From Heptranchias perlo (taxonomy: Eukaryota): 64,000 nt of DNA. The notes beneath the pieces are model-generated. The model saw nothing but the letters and a program-made list of their open reading frames with translations. It made no database searches and was not told the DNA's origin. Positions 1 through 11,587 of the stretch are shown one piece after another. The DNA is taken from NCBI RefSeq assembly GCF_035084215.1, contig NC_090370.1, forward strand, positions 992,001-1,056,000, read 5' to 3'. The translations under genes were made by a program, and so were the position numbers. Position 1 is the first letter of the stretch, and each line of letters starts with the position of its first letter.

Positions 1-2627
1 CAGTAGGGTATACTGGGGGGAATATACAGCAGGGTATACTGGGGGGAGATATACAGTAGGGTATACTGGGGGAGATATACAGCAGGGTATACTGGGGGAG
101 ATATACAGCAGGGTATACTGGGAGGAATATACAGTAGGGTATACTGGGGGAGATTTACAATAGGGTATACTGGGGGAGATATACAGTAGGGTATACTGGG
201 GGAGATATACAGTAGGTATACTGGGGGGAGATATACAGTAGGGTATACTGGGGGGAGATATACGGTAGGGTATACTGGGAGGAGATATACAGTAGGTATA
301 CTGGGGGGAGATATACAGTAGGGTATACTGGGGGAGATATACAGTAGGGTATACTGGGGGAGATATATAGCAGGGTATACTGGGGGAGATATACAGTAGG
401 GTATACTGGGGGAGATATACAGTAGGGTATACTGGGGGAGATATATAGCAGGGTATACTGGGGGGAATATACAGTAGGGTATACTGGGGGGAGATATACG
501 GTAGGGTATACTGGGGGGAGATATACAGTAGGGTATACTGGGGGGAATATACAGCAGGGTATACTGGGGGGAATATACAGTAGGGTATACTGGTGGAGAT
601 TTACAATAGGGTATACTGGGGGAGATATACGGTAGGGTATACTGGGGGAGATATACAGTAGGGTATACTGGGGGGAAGATATACGGTAGGGTATACTGGG
701 GGAGATATACGGTAGGGTATACTGGGGGAGATATACGGTAGGGTATACTGGGGGGAGATATACAGTAGGGTATACTGGGGGGAGATATACGGTAGGGTAT
801 ACTGGGAGGAGATATACAGTAGGTATACTGGGGGGAGATATACAGTAGGTTATACTGGGGGAGATATACAGTAGGGTATACTGGGGGAGATATATAGCAG
901 GGTATACTGGGGGGAATATACAGTAGGGTATACTGGGGGGAGATATACGGTAGGGTATACTGGGGGGAGATATACAGTAGGGTATACTGGGGGGAATATA
1001 CAGCAGGGTATACTGGGGGGAATATACAGTAGGGTATACTGGTGGAGATTTACAATAGGGTATACTGGGGGAGATATACGGTAGGGTATACTGGGGGAGA
1101 TATACAGTAGGGTATACTGGGGGGAAGATATACGGTAGGGTATACTGGGGGAGATATACGGTAGGGTATACTGGGGGAGATATACGGTAGGGTATACTGG
1201 GGGGAAGATATAAGGTAGGGTATACTGGGGGAGATTTACAATAGGGTATACTGGGGGAGATATACAGTAGGGTATACTGGGGGAGATATATAGCAGGGTA
1301 TACTGGGGGGAATATACAGTAGGGTATACTGGGGGGAGATATACAATAGGGTATACTGGGGGAGATATACGGTAGGGTATACTGGGGGAGATATACAGCA
1401 GGGTATACTGGGGGGAGATATACGGTAGGGTATACTGGGGGAGATATACAGCAGGGTATACTGGGGGGAATATACAGTAGGGTATACTGGGGGAGATATA
1501 CAATAGGGTATACTGGGGGAGATATACAGTCGGGTATACTGGGGGAGATATACAGTAGGGTATACTGGGGGAGATATACAGTAGGGTATACTGGGGGGGA
1601 AGATATACAGTAGGGTATACTGGGGGGAGATATACAGTAGGGTATACTGGGGGGAGATATACAGTAGGGTATACTGGGGGGAGATATACAGTAGGGTATA
1701 CTGGGGGAGATATACAGTAGGGTATACTGGGGGGGAAGATATACAGTAGGGTATACTGGGGGAGAGATGTACATAGGATATACAGGGGGAGATATACCGT
1801 AGGGTATACTGGGGGGAGATATATAGTGGGGTATACTGGGGGGGAAGATATACAGTAGGGTATACTGGGGGGAGATATACAGTAGGGTATAATGGGGGAG
1901 ATATACAGTAGGGTATACTGGGGGGGAAGATATACAGTAGGGTATACTGGGGGAGAGATGTACATAGGATATACAGGGGGAGATATACCGTAGGGTATAC
2001 TGGGGGGAGATATATAGTGGGGTATACTGGGGGGGAAGATATACAGTAGGGTATACTGGGGGGAGATATACAGTAGGGTATAATGGGGGAGAGATGTACA
2101 TAGGATATACAGGGGGAGATATACAGTCGGGTATACTGGGGGGGAAGATATACAGTAGGGTATACTGGGGGAGAGATGTACATAGGATATACAGGGGGAG
2201 ATATACCGTAGGGTATACTGGGGGGAGATATATAGTGGGGTATACTGGGGGGGAAGATATACAGTAGGGTATACTGGGGGAGAGATGTACATAGGATATA
2301 CAGGGGGAGATATACCGTAGGGTATACTGGAGGGAGATATACATAGGATATACAGGGGGAGATATACCGTAGGGTACACTGGGGGGAGATGTACCGTCGG
2401 GTATACTGGGGGGAGATGTACCGTAGGGTATACTGGAGGGAGATATACATAGGATATACAGGGGGAGATATACCGTAGGGTACACTGGGGGGAGATGTAC
2501 CGTAGGGTATACCGGGGGGAGATGTACCGTAGGGTATACTGGGGGGAGATGTACCGTAGGGTATACTGGGGGGAGATGTACCGTAGGGTATACTGGGGGG
2601 AGATGTACCGTAGGGTATACTGGGGGT
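1..2627. repeat. G-rich satellite, ~26-29 bp unit (CAGTAGGGTATACTGGGGG(G)AGATATA)
   Basis: Direct tandem repetition with variable G-run; variant TGGTGGAGATTTAC recurs at ~591 and ~1040; drifts to a GAGATGTACCGTAGG variant near the right end. Runs off the window start. Confidence 0.95.
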
Positions 2628-2773
2628 GGATATTAACCCCTAAGGGTGTATTGGGGAGAGATCTCGAGCCCCCGGAGGAACGGGGCGGAGCACACTTGCT
2701 ATTGCCGGACATTAGCCGATTCCCGCACCCCTTTAGAGTGGGAGACCCCGGGGAATGGGGGAGCCGCACCTAC

Positions 2774-2824
2774 CTGCCTCATGTCTTCGCACTGTTCTGA
2801 GCCCGGGAGCTCGGAGATTGGCGT
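2774..2824 (-). other. Candidate 51-nt exon of an unidentified minus-strand gene
   Basis: Minus strand: T10-CTCCAG acceptor, 51 nt, CAG|GTAGGT donor; open in two frames (TPISELPGSEQCEDMRQ or DANLRAPGLRTVRRHEA). No homology recognised. Confidence 0.35.
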
Positions 2825-2919
2825 CTGGAGAAAAAAAAAACACAAGACGGAGAGTCCGCTGAGCAGGGTACAAATCTACCGGTCGACGGATTGCACTGGA
2901 ATCGCACAGCGCTGGAGGG

Positions 2920-3095
2920 AGGCCGCTCGGCCCATTGTCCCCGTGCTGGCCCCTTGAAAGACCTGCAAATTCTCCCCCCTTCGATTCCCCTTCTGAAAGT
3001 CGCTATCGAATCTGCTCCCACCACCCCCTTTCAGGCAGCGCGTTCCAGATCATCATGACTCGCTGCCCTAAAACAAATTCCCCTCATCTCTCCGC
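2920..3095 (-). mobile_element. Degraded CR1 LINE 3' fragment
   Basis: GAATCTGCTCCCACCACCCCTTTCAGGCAGCGCGTTCCAGATC matches the CR1 fragment at ~56330-56375 (IWNALPE region of ORF2 on the minus strand). Confidence 0.55.
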
Positions 3096-3404
3096 ACCCC
3101 CCGCCCCCCCACCCCCGCAAAGGTTGCTTGGCTAATTATTCGAAAAGGGGGTGCGGTCGTGTAGTGGTTGTGTTGCTGGGCACGCCGTCCGGAGAACGTG
3201 CGTTGAGAGACAAAAATGTGCGGGGCTACGGGGGGGGGGGGGGACTAACGGGGGACGGCTCTTTCAAAGGGCCAGCACGGGCACGAGGGGCTGAATGGCC
3301 TCCTCCTGTTCCTGCGTTCGAAAGGAGAGAGTAAACGGGGGACAGAGATTGAGGAACAGAGTGAGAGAGATGCAGAGACGGAAGATGATGATGGAGAGAG
3401 AACA

Positions 3405-3890
3405 CAAAAACAGGAGGAGGCCATTCAGCCCCTCGAACCTGTTACACAGGAACAGGAGGAGGCCGTTCAGCCCCTCGAGCCTGTTACTCAGGAACAGGAG
3501 GAGGCCCATTCAGCCCCTCGAACCTGTTACTCAGGAACAGGAGGAGGCCATTCAGCCCCTCGAGCCTGTCACGCAGGAACAGGAGGAGGCCATTCAGCCC
3601 CTCGAGCCTGTCACGCAGGAACAGGAGGAGGCCGTTCAGCCCCTCGAACCTGTCACGCAGGAACAGGAGGAGGCCATTCAGCCCCTCGAACCTGTCACGC
3701 AGGAACAGGAGGAGGCCATTCAGCCCCTCGAACCTGTCACGCAGGAACAGGAGGAGGCCCATTCAGCCCCTCGAGCCTGTTACTCAGGAACAGGAGGAGG
3801 CCCATTCAGCCCCTCGAATCTGATTCGCAGGAACAGGAGGAGGCCATTCAGCCCCTCGAACCTGTCAAGCAGGAACAGGAGGAGGTCCAT
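3405..3890 (-). repeat. Tandem array (~42 bp unit) of the CR1 3'-terminal motif
   Basis: Repeats of CAGGAACAGGAGGAGGCCATTCAGCCCCTCGAACCTGT; reverse complement equals the CR1 tail at 6409-6450 and 33175-33215. Confidence 0.85.
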
Positions 3891-4421
3891 TCAGGAGCCA
3901 AAATTGGAAACAAAGTCTGAGCTGACAGCGACTGAGCTTTTTGTGGTTTGAACCGAGCAGTTTCGTAGAAGGTCACCTTCAACTGCTGAGAACTCTGTAT
4001 TTGCTCAGTGGAAGTGGGGGGAGGAGTAGGAGGAGGGTGGAGCCCGGGAGATTAGGCTCGTATGTTCGAAAGAAAAGGGACCGACGACGCCCACAGATAT
4101 TTACACGACAAACACTGAGGCTGCTCGATCTCTCCTCTGACGCAGATAGCACAGTAACCGCGTGCAGACAAGCCCCAGCAAAGACGGGGCAACCTGGCGT
4201 CTCGCGGGGGGGCGCAGTTCCCCGGGGGGGCCTCACGCCCCGCGCTGGCGATTGGCCGCTAGAGCCTGGACGGTGAGGCTCCGCCAGCTATTCGACTGCA
4301 GCAGCGGGCCACGAGCGAGCCCGGTTACTCTCTTTGCCCATCATCTGCGCACGTGTTCTCCAGGAGGGGTCACTTGCTAAAGTTAGCTCTTTACCCCTGA
4401 GTCAGCGGTCTCACCGAGTCT

Positions 4422-5693
4422 CGCTCCCGCGGTACAGAATCCCAATGGACCCGACCCCTTCCCATTCACTCCCGCGGTACAGAATCCCAATGGACCCGAC
4501 CCCTTCCCATTCACTCCCACTGTACAGAATCCCAATGGACCCGACCCCTTCCCATTCACTCCCGCGGTACAGAATCCCAATGGACCCGACCCCTTCCCAT
4601 TCACTCCCGCGGTACAGAATCCCAATGGACCCGACCCCTTCCCATTCACTCCCACTGTACACAATCCCAATGGACCCGACCCCTTCCCATTCACTCCCGC
4701 GGTACAGAATCCCAATGGACCCGACCCCTTCCCATTCACTCCCACTGTACACAATCCCAATGGACCCGACCCCTTCCCATTCACTCCCACTGTACAGAAT
4801 CCCAATGGACCCGACCCCTTCCCATTCACTCCCACTGTACACAATCCCAATGGACCCGACCCCTTCCCATTCACTCCCATTGTACACAATCCCAATGGAC
4901 CAAACCCCTTCCCATTCACTCCCATTGTACACAATCCCAATGGACCTGACCCCTTCCCATTCACTCCCACTGTACAGAATCCCAATGGACCCGACCCCTT
5001 CCCATTCACTCCCACTGTACACAATCCCAATGGACCCGACCCCTTCCCGTTCACTCCCATTGTACAGAATCCCAATGGACCCGACCCCTTCCCGTTCACT
5101 CCCACTGTACAGAATCCCAATGGACCCGACCCCTTCCCATTCACTCCCACTGTACACAATTCCAATGGGCCCGACCCCTTCCCATTCACTCCCACTGTAC
5201 ACAATCCCATTGGACCCGACCCCTTCCCATTCACTCCCACTGTACACAATCCCAATGGACCCGGCCCCTTCCCATTCACTCCCACTGTACACAATCCCAT
5301 TGGACCCGACCCCTTCCCATTCACTCCCACTGTACACAATCCCAATGGACCCGGCCCCTTCCCATTCACTCCCACTGTACACAATCCCAATGGACCCGAC
5401 CCCTTCCCATTCGCTCCCACTGTACACAATCCCAATGGGCCCGTCCCCTTCCCATTCACTCCCATTGTACACAATTCCAATGGGCCCGACCCCTTCCCAT
5501 TCACTCCCACTGTACACAATCCCATTGGACCCGACCCCTTCCCATTCACTCCCACTGTACACAATCCCAATGGACCCGGCCCCTTCCCATTCACTCCCAC
5601 TGTACACAATCCCAATGGACCCGACCCCTTCCCATTCGCTCCCACTGTACACAATCCCAATGGGCCCGTCCCCTTCCCATTCACTCCCATTGT
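4422..5693. repeat. 45-bp minisatellite, ~28 copies
   Basis: Unit CCCAATGGACCCGACCCCTTCCCATTCACTCCCACTGTACACAAT; no indels seen, so several frames stay open. Confidence 0.95.
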
Positions 5694-5930
5694 AATCACA
5701 CTGCTTCCTTGGAAGTAGGGTGAGCAGGATGTTTCTGGGAAGTTCTTGACGTAATCTGTGCTCAAAAGGCTTTTGTGTTCTGAGTTTTGTGCCTCGGGCC
5801 TCGTCTGATCTGAAGCCTGACTGGGCTGCGGTCGCCTTATCTGTAGTTTACAGAAGTCTTTGATTGGACTCAATGTGACTTACACTGAACCCCAGGCTGC
5901 ACAGCAGCACAAAAAATCTTTGCACTTACC

Positions 5931-6830
5931 ACCTCAGGAGGGATATATCGGCTCTGGAGGGGGTGCAGAGCAGATTCACCAGAACGATACCCGGGGTGGG
6001 GGCTAAAAGGGGTTAAATTCCGAGGACAGGTCGCACAGACCGGGCTCGTATTCCCTCGAGTGTAGGAGATTAAGGGGTGATCTCATCGAGGGGTTTAAGA
6101 TGATTAAAGGATTCGATAGGGTCGATAGAGAGAAACTATTTCCTCTGGTGGGGGGAGTCCAGAACAAGGGCGGGGGGGGCAGAACCTCAAAATCAGAGCC
6201 GGGCCGTTCAGGGGTGATGTCGGGAAGCATTTCCTCACACAAAGGGGGAGTGGGAATCTGGAACTCTCTCCCCCCAAAAAGCTGTTGAGACTGGGGGTCA
6301 ATTGGAAATTTCAAGACTGAGATCGATAGATTTTTGTTGGGTATCGAGGGATAGGGAACAAATGGGGTTAAGATACGGATCAACCATGATCTGACTGAAT
6401 GGCGGAACAGGCTCGAGGGGCTGAATGGCCCTCCTCCTGTTCCTGTGTAACAGGGTCGAGGGGCTGAATGGCCTCCTCCTGTTCCTGTGTAACAGGCTCG
6501 AGGGGGCTGAATGGCCTCCTCCTGTTCCTGTGTAACAGGCTCGAGGGGGCTGAATGGCCTCCTCCTGTTCCTGTGTAACAGGCTCGAGGGGCTGAACGGC
6601 CTCCTCCTGTTCCTGTGTAACAGGCTCGAGGGGGCTGAACGGCCTCCTCCTGTTCCTGTGTAACAGGCTCGAGGGGCTGAACGGCCTCCTCCTGTTCCTG
6701 TGTAACAGGCTCGAGGGGGCTGAACGGCCTCCTCCTGTTCCTGTGTAACAGGCTCGAGGGGCTGAATGGCCTCCTCCTGTTCCTGTGTAACAGGCTCGAG
6801 GGGGCTGAATGGCCTCCTCCTGTTCCTGTG
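5931..6830 (+). mobile_element. 5'-truncated CR1 LINE with tandemly amplified 3' tail (6409-6830)
   Basis: Encodes SLECRRLRGDLIEGFKMIKGFDRVDREKLFP...IWNSLP (CR1 ORF2 C-terminus), then ~10 copies of GGCTCGAGGGGCTGAATGGCCTCCTCCTGTTCCTGTGTAACA. Confidence 0.85.
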
Positions 6831-6879
6831 TTCACTATGTTCCTACATAAGGTCTGATGCGCATCCCCCGCAGGCCTCT

Positions 6880-7720
6880 CAAAGTGCTTCGCATGCGGCA
6901 GCCATTTGGCGCACAGCAAGATCCCGTCAGCAGTAATGCGATGAACGAGCTGTTAAACTTTTCTTTTTTCAGTGATGTTGGTCGAGGGGTGGATATCGAC
7001 ACCGGGGAGAACTCCCCCCCCCCTGCTCTTCTTCGAAATAGCGGCCGTGGGATCTTTTACACCCACCCGAGAGGGGCAGACGGGGCCTCGGTTTAACGTC
7101 TCATCCGAAAGACGGCACCTCCGACAGTGCGGCGCTCCCTCAGTACTGACCCTCCGACAGTGCGGCGCTCCCTCAGCACTGACCCTCCGACAGGGCGGCG
7201 CTCCCTCAGTACTGACCCTCCGACAGTGCGGCGCTCCCTCAGTACTGACCCTCCGACAGTGCGGCGCTCCCTCAGTACTGACCCTCCGACAGTGCGGCGC
7301 TCCCTCAGTACTGACCCTCCGACAGTGCGGCGCTCCCTCAGTACTGACCCTCCGACAGTGCGGCGCTCCCTCAGTACTGACCCTCCGACAGTGCGGCGCT
7401 CCCTCAGTACTGACCCTCCGACAGTGCGGCGCTCCCTCAGTACTGACCCTCCGACAGTGCAGCGCTCCCTCAGTATTGACCCTCTGACAGTGCGGCGCTC
7501 CCTCAGTACTGACCCTCCGACAGTGCGGCGCTCCCTCAGTACTGACCCTCCGACAGTGCGGCGCTCCCTCAGTACTGACCCTCCGACAGTGCGGCGCTCC
7601 CTCAGTACTGACCCTCCGACAGTGCGGCGCTCCCTCAGTACTGCACTGGGAGTGTCGGCCAGGATTATGGGGCTCGAGTCTCTGGAGTGGGGGCTCGAAC
7701 CCACGACCTTCTGACTCAGA
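6880..7720 (-). mobile_element. SacSINE1/DeuSINE-like SINE with internal 33-bp array (~7119-7642, ~16 copies)
   Basis: tRNA-like head with B-box GGTTCGAGCC (minus strand) next to the gap, Deu-domain-like GGATGAGACGTTAAACCGAGGCCCCGTC, unit CAGTACTGAGGGAGCGCCGCACTGTCGGAGGGT. Confidence 0.8.
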
Positions 7721-8642
7721 NNNNNNNNNNNNNNNNNNNNNNNNNNNNNNNNNNNNNNNNNNNNNNNNNNNNNNNNNNNNNNNNNNNNNNNNNNNNNNNN
7801 NNNNNNNNNNNNNNNNNNNNNNNNNNNNNNNNNNNNNNNNNNNNNNNNNNNNNNNNNNNNNNNNNNNNNNNNNNNNNNNNNNNNNNNNNNNNNNNNNNNN
7901 NNNNNNNNNNNNNNNNNNNNNNNNNNNNNNNNNNNNNNNNNNNNNNNNNNNNNNNNNNNNNNNNNNNNNNNNNNNNNNNNNNNNNNNNNNNNNNNNNNNN
8001 NNNNNNNNNNNNNNNNNNNNNNNNNNNNNNNNNNNNNNNNNNNNNNNNNNNNNNNNNNNNNNNNNNNNNNNNNNNNNNNNNNNNNNNNNNNNNNNNNNNN
8101 NNNNNNNNNNNNNNNNNNNNNNNNNNNNNNNNNNNNNNNNNNNNNNNNNNNNNNNNNNNNNNNNNNNNNNNNNNNNNNNNNNNNNNNNNNNNNNNNNNNN
8201 NNNNNNNNNNNNNNNNNNNNNNNNNNNNNNNNNNNNNNNNNNNNNNNNNNNNNNNNNNNNNNNNNNNNNNNNNNNNNNNNNNNNNNNNNNNNNNNNNNNN
8301 NNNNNNNNNNNNNNNNNNNNNNNNNNNNNNNNNNNNNNNNNNNNNNNNNNNNNNNNNNNNNNNNNNNNNNNNNNNNNNNNNNNNNNNNNNNNNNNNNNNN
8401 NNNNNNNNNNNNNNNNNNNNNNNNNNNNNNNNNNNNNNNNNNNNNNNNNNNNNNNNNNNNNNNNNNNNNNNNNNNNNNNNNNNNNNNNNNNNNNNNNNNN
8501 NNNNNNNNNNNNNNNNNNNNNNNNNNNNNNNNNNNNNNNNNNNNNNNNNNNNNNNNNNNNNNNNNNNNNNNNNNNNNNNNNNNNNNNNNNNNNNNNNNNN
8601 NNNNNNNNNNNNNNNNNNNNNNNNNNNNNNNNNNNNNNNNNN
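7721..8642. other. Assembly gap or masked run (922 N)
   Basis: Run of N. Confidence 1.
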
Positions 8643-8783
8643 ACGTGCTGACAAACTGTTCTGTTTCGGGAGTAATTATTTAATCGATTAAAAACACTCC
8701 ATCTGCATGCCCGTAATTCACGCCTCGCGCGTTAATCACCAGACGTCACATCTGGACGTCACACCTCAGCCCAGGTGTCACAC

Positions 8784-8872
8784 CTGGTGCTGCAGGTGCA
8801 GGAAAATCCTTAAAACTGCTGCCTCCTTCTGACTTGCCGCCTGAAACTTTCTCAATCTGCAAAATTCTCGGA
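8784..8872 (-). other. Candidate exon of unidentified minus-strand gene
   Basis: TTGTTGTTTAG acceptor (alternative TTTTGCAG starting the exon at 8856), CAG|GTGTGA donor; reads (V)REFCRLRKFQAASQKEAAVLRIFLHLQHQ. Confidence 0.25.
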
Positions 8873-8914
8873 CTAAACAACAATTGAAGTCTGAAAGATC
8901 TGAGCCTTGACAAG

Positions 8915-9415
8915 AATAACAACCTGCATTTATACAGAGCCTTTAACGCAGTAAAACGTCCCCCCAAGGAGCTTCACAGGAGCGTAAAATCAGACACCGA
9001 GCCACACGAGGAGATATTAGGGACAGGTGACCGAAAGCTCGGTCAAAGAGGGAGATTTTAAGGAGTGTCTTAAAGGGGGAGAGAGAGAGAGGCGGAGAGG
9101 TTTAGGGAGGGAATTCCAGAGCTCGGGGCCCGGGCGGCTGAAGGCACGGCCGCCAATGGTGGGAGCGATGGAAATCGGGGGGATGGACAAGAGGCCAGAA
9201 TCGGAGGAGCGCAGAGATCTGGGAGGGTCGTAGGGGCTGGAGGGATGTGAACAGGAGGAGGTGAATTTTAAAATCGAGGCGTTCCCAGACCAGGAGCCGA
9301 TGTAGGTCAGCGAGCGCAGGGGGTGACGGGTGAACGGGACTCGGTGCGAGTTAGGATACGGGGGGGGGCAGCAGAGTTTTGGATGAGCTGGAGTTTAGGG
9401 AGGGCGGGAGGCGGG
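8915..9415 (-). mobile_element. L2-like LINE 3' fragment
   Basis: Reverse complement of the copy at 34985-35468; tail ...TAAAGGCTCTGTATAAATGCAGGTTGTT resembles the SINE tail. Confidence 0.7.
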
Positions 9416-9624
9416 AGACAAAGCAAACGTGTGCAGAGGATTCTAGAAGGCGCCAGACAGGATGAGTGCAGTTATCAGTGGTTAGAACAGCAGGCAGTGG
9501 TTGAGAGACGCAGCATTACAGGAAGGAAGAGCAAATTTCACGGCAAATCTCACTTCTGATCTGATCTGATCTGCACGTAGACCCCAGAAAACCTTACATG
9601 ACAGGTTAGATGGTGACTCTCCGA

Positions 9625-11241
9625 ACTGTCCCATCGAACACTCCCAGGGCAGGTACAGGGTTAGAGACAGAGTAAAGCTCCCTCTACACTGTCCCATCAA
9701 ACACTCCCAGGGGCAGGTACAGGGTTAGATACAGAGTAAAGCTCCCTCTACACTGTCCCATCAAACACTCCCAGGGTCAGGTACAGGGTTAGATACAGAG
9801 TAAAGCTCCCTCTACACTGTCCCATCAAACACTCCCAGGGGCAGGTACAGGGTTAGATACAGAGTAAAGCTCCCTCTACACTGTCCCATCAAACACTCCC
9901 AGGGCAGGTACAGGGTTAGATACAGAGTAAAGCTCCCTCCACACTGTCCCGTCAAACACTCCCAGGGCAGGTACAGGGTTAGATACAGAGTAAAGCTCCC
10001 TCTACACTGTCCCATCAAACACTCCCAGGGTCAGGTACAGGGTTAGATACAGAGTAAAGCTCCATCTACACTGTCCCGTCAAACACTCCCAGGGCAGGTA
10101 CAGGGTTAGATACAGAGTAAAGCTCCCTCTACACTGTCCCATCAAACACTCCCAGGGCAGGTACAGGGTTAGATACAGAGTAAAGCTGCCTCTACACTGT
10201 CCCATCAAACACTCCCAGGGGCAGGTACAGGGTTAGATACAGAGTAAAGCTCCCTCTACACTGTCCCGTCAAACACTCCCAGGGCAGGTACAGGGTTAGA
10301 TACAGAGTAAAGCTCCCTCTACACTGTCCCGTCAAACACTCCCAGGGCAGGTACAGGGTTAGATACAGAGTAAAGCTCCCTCTACACTGTCCCATCAAAC
10401 ACTCCCAGGGCAGGTACAGGGTTAGATACAGAGTAAAGCTCCCTCTACACTGTCCCGTCAAACACTCCCAGGGCAGGTACAGGGTTAGATACAGAGTAAA
10501 GCTCCCTCTACACTGTCCCATCAAACACTCCCAGGGTCAGGTACAGGGTTAGATACAGAGTAAAGCTCCCTCTACACTGTCCCGTCAAACACTCCCAGGG
10601 TCAGGTACAGGGTTAGATACAGAGTAAAGCTCCCTCTACACTGTCCTATCAAACACTCCCAGGGCAGGTACAGGGTTAGATACAGAGTAAAGCTCCCTCT
10701 ACACTGTCCCATCAAACACTCCCAGAGCAGGTACTGGGTTAGATACAGAGTAAAGCTCCCTCTACACTGTCCCATCAAACACTCCCAGGGCAGGTACAGG
10801 GTTAGATACAGAGTAAAGCTCCCTCTACACTGTCCCATCAAACACTCCCAGGGTCAGGTACAGGGTTAGATACAGAGTAAAGCTCCCTCTACACTATCCC
10901 ATCAAACACTCCCAGGGCAGGTACAGGGTTAGATACACAGTAAAGCTCCCTCTACACTGTCCCATCAAACACTCCCAGGGCAGGTACAGGGTTAGATACA
11001 GAGTAAAGCTCCCTCTACACTGTCCCATCAAACACTCCCAGGGCAGGTACAGGGTTAGATACAGAGTAAAGCTCCCTCTACACTGTCCCATCAAACACTC
11101 CCAGGGTCAGGTACAGGGTTAGATACAGAGTAAAGCTCCCTCTACACTGTCCCATCAAACACTCCCAGGGTCAGGTACAGGGTTAGATACAGAGTAAAGC
11201 TCCCTCTACACTGTCCCATCAAACACTCCCACGGCAGGTAC
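9625..11241. repeat. 63-bp satellite, ~25 copies
   Basis: Unit GGGCAGGTACAGGGTTAGATACAGAGTAAAGCTCCCTCTACACTGTCCCATCAAACACTCCCA, occasional 64-bp variants. Confidence 0.95.
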
Positions 11242-11242
11242 A

Positions 11243-11570
11243 ATTCCCAGCTTCTCCAGTCTCTCCACATAACTGAAGTCCCTCATCCCTGGGACCGATC
11301 TGGTAAATCTCCTCCGCACCCTCTCCGAGGGCCCTGACCATCCTTCCTAAAGTGCGGTGCCCAGAATTGGACACAATACTCCAGCTGAGGCCTGACCAGT
11401 GATTAATAAAGGTTTAGCATGACTTCCTTGCTTTTGTACTCTGTGCCTCTATTTATAAAGCCCAGGATCCCGTATGCTTTTTTAACAGCCTTCTCAACCT
11501 GTCCTGCCACCTTCAAAGATTTGTGTACGTGACCCCTCCCAGGTCTCCCTGTTCCTGCACCCCCTTTTAA
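11243..11570 (-). mobile_element. CR1 ORF2 fragment
   Basis: Translation VHKSLKVAGQVEKAVKKAYGILGFINRGTEYKSKEVMLNLY followed by an LVRPQLEYCVQFW-like segment. Confidence 0.8.
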
Positions 11571-11587
11571 AATCGAGTTACTTTGAA

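Noticed and set aside
155-2769. Long Pro/Tyr-rich ORFs (up to 776 aa)
   Set aside because: Open in all three minus frames because the satellite lacks stops; constant frameshifting between units.
7119-7642. CRISPR-like appearance of 28-33 bp repeats (also other arrays)
   Set aside because: Units are contiguous with no unique spacers, no cas genes, eukaryotic context.
7687-8691. ORFs spanning N runs (also 25385-26370 and 27256-28800)
   Set aside because: Artefacts of translating N.
8771-8787. Perfect inverted repeat CCAGGTGT-C-ACACCTGG
   Set aside because: A single 8-bp stem is expected by chance in 64 kb.
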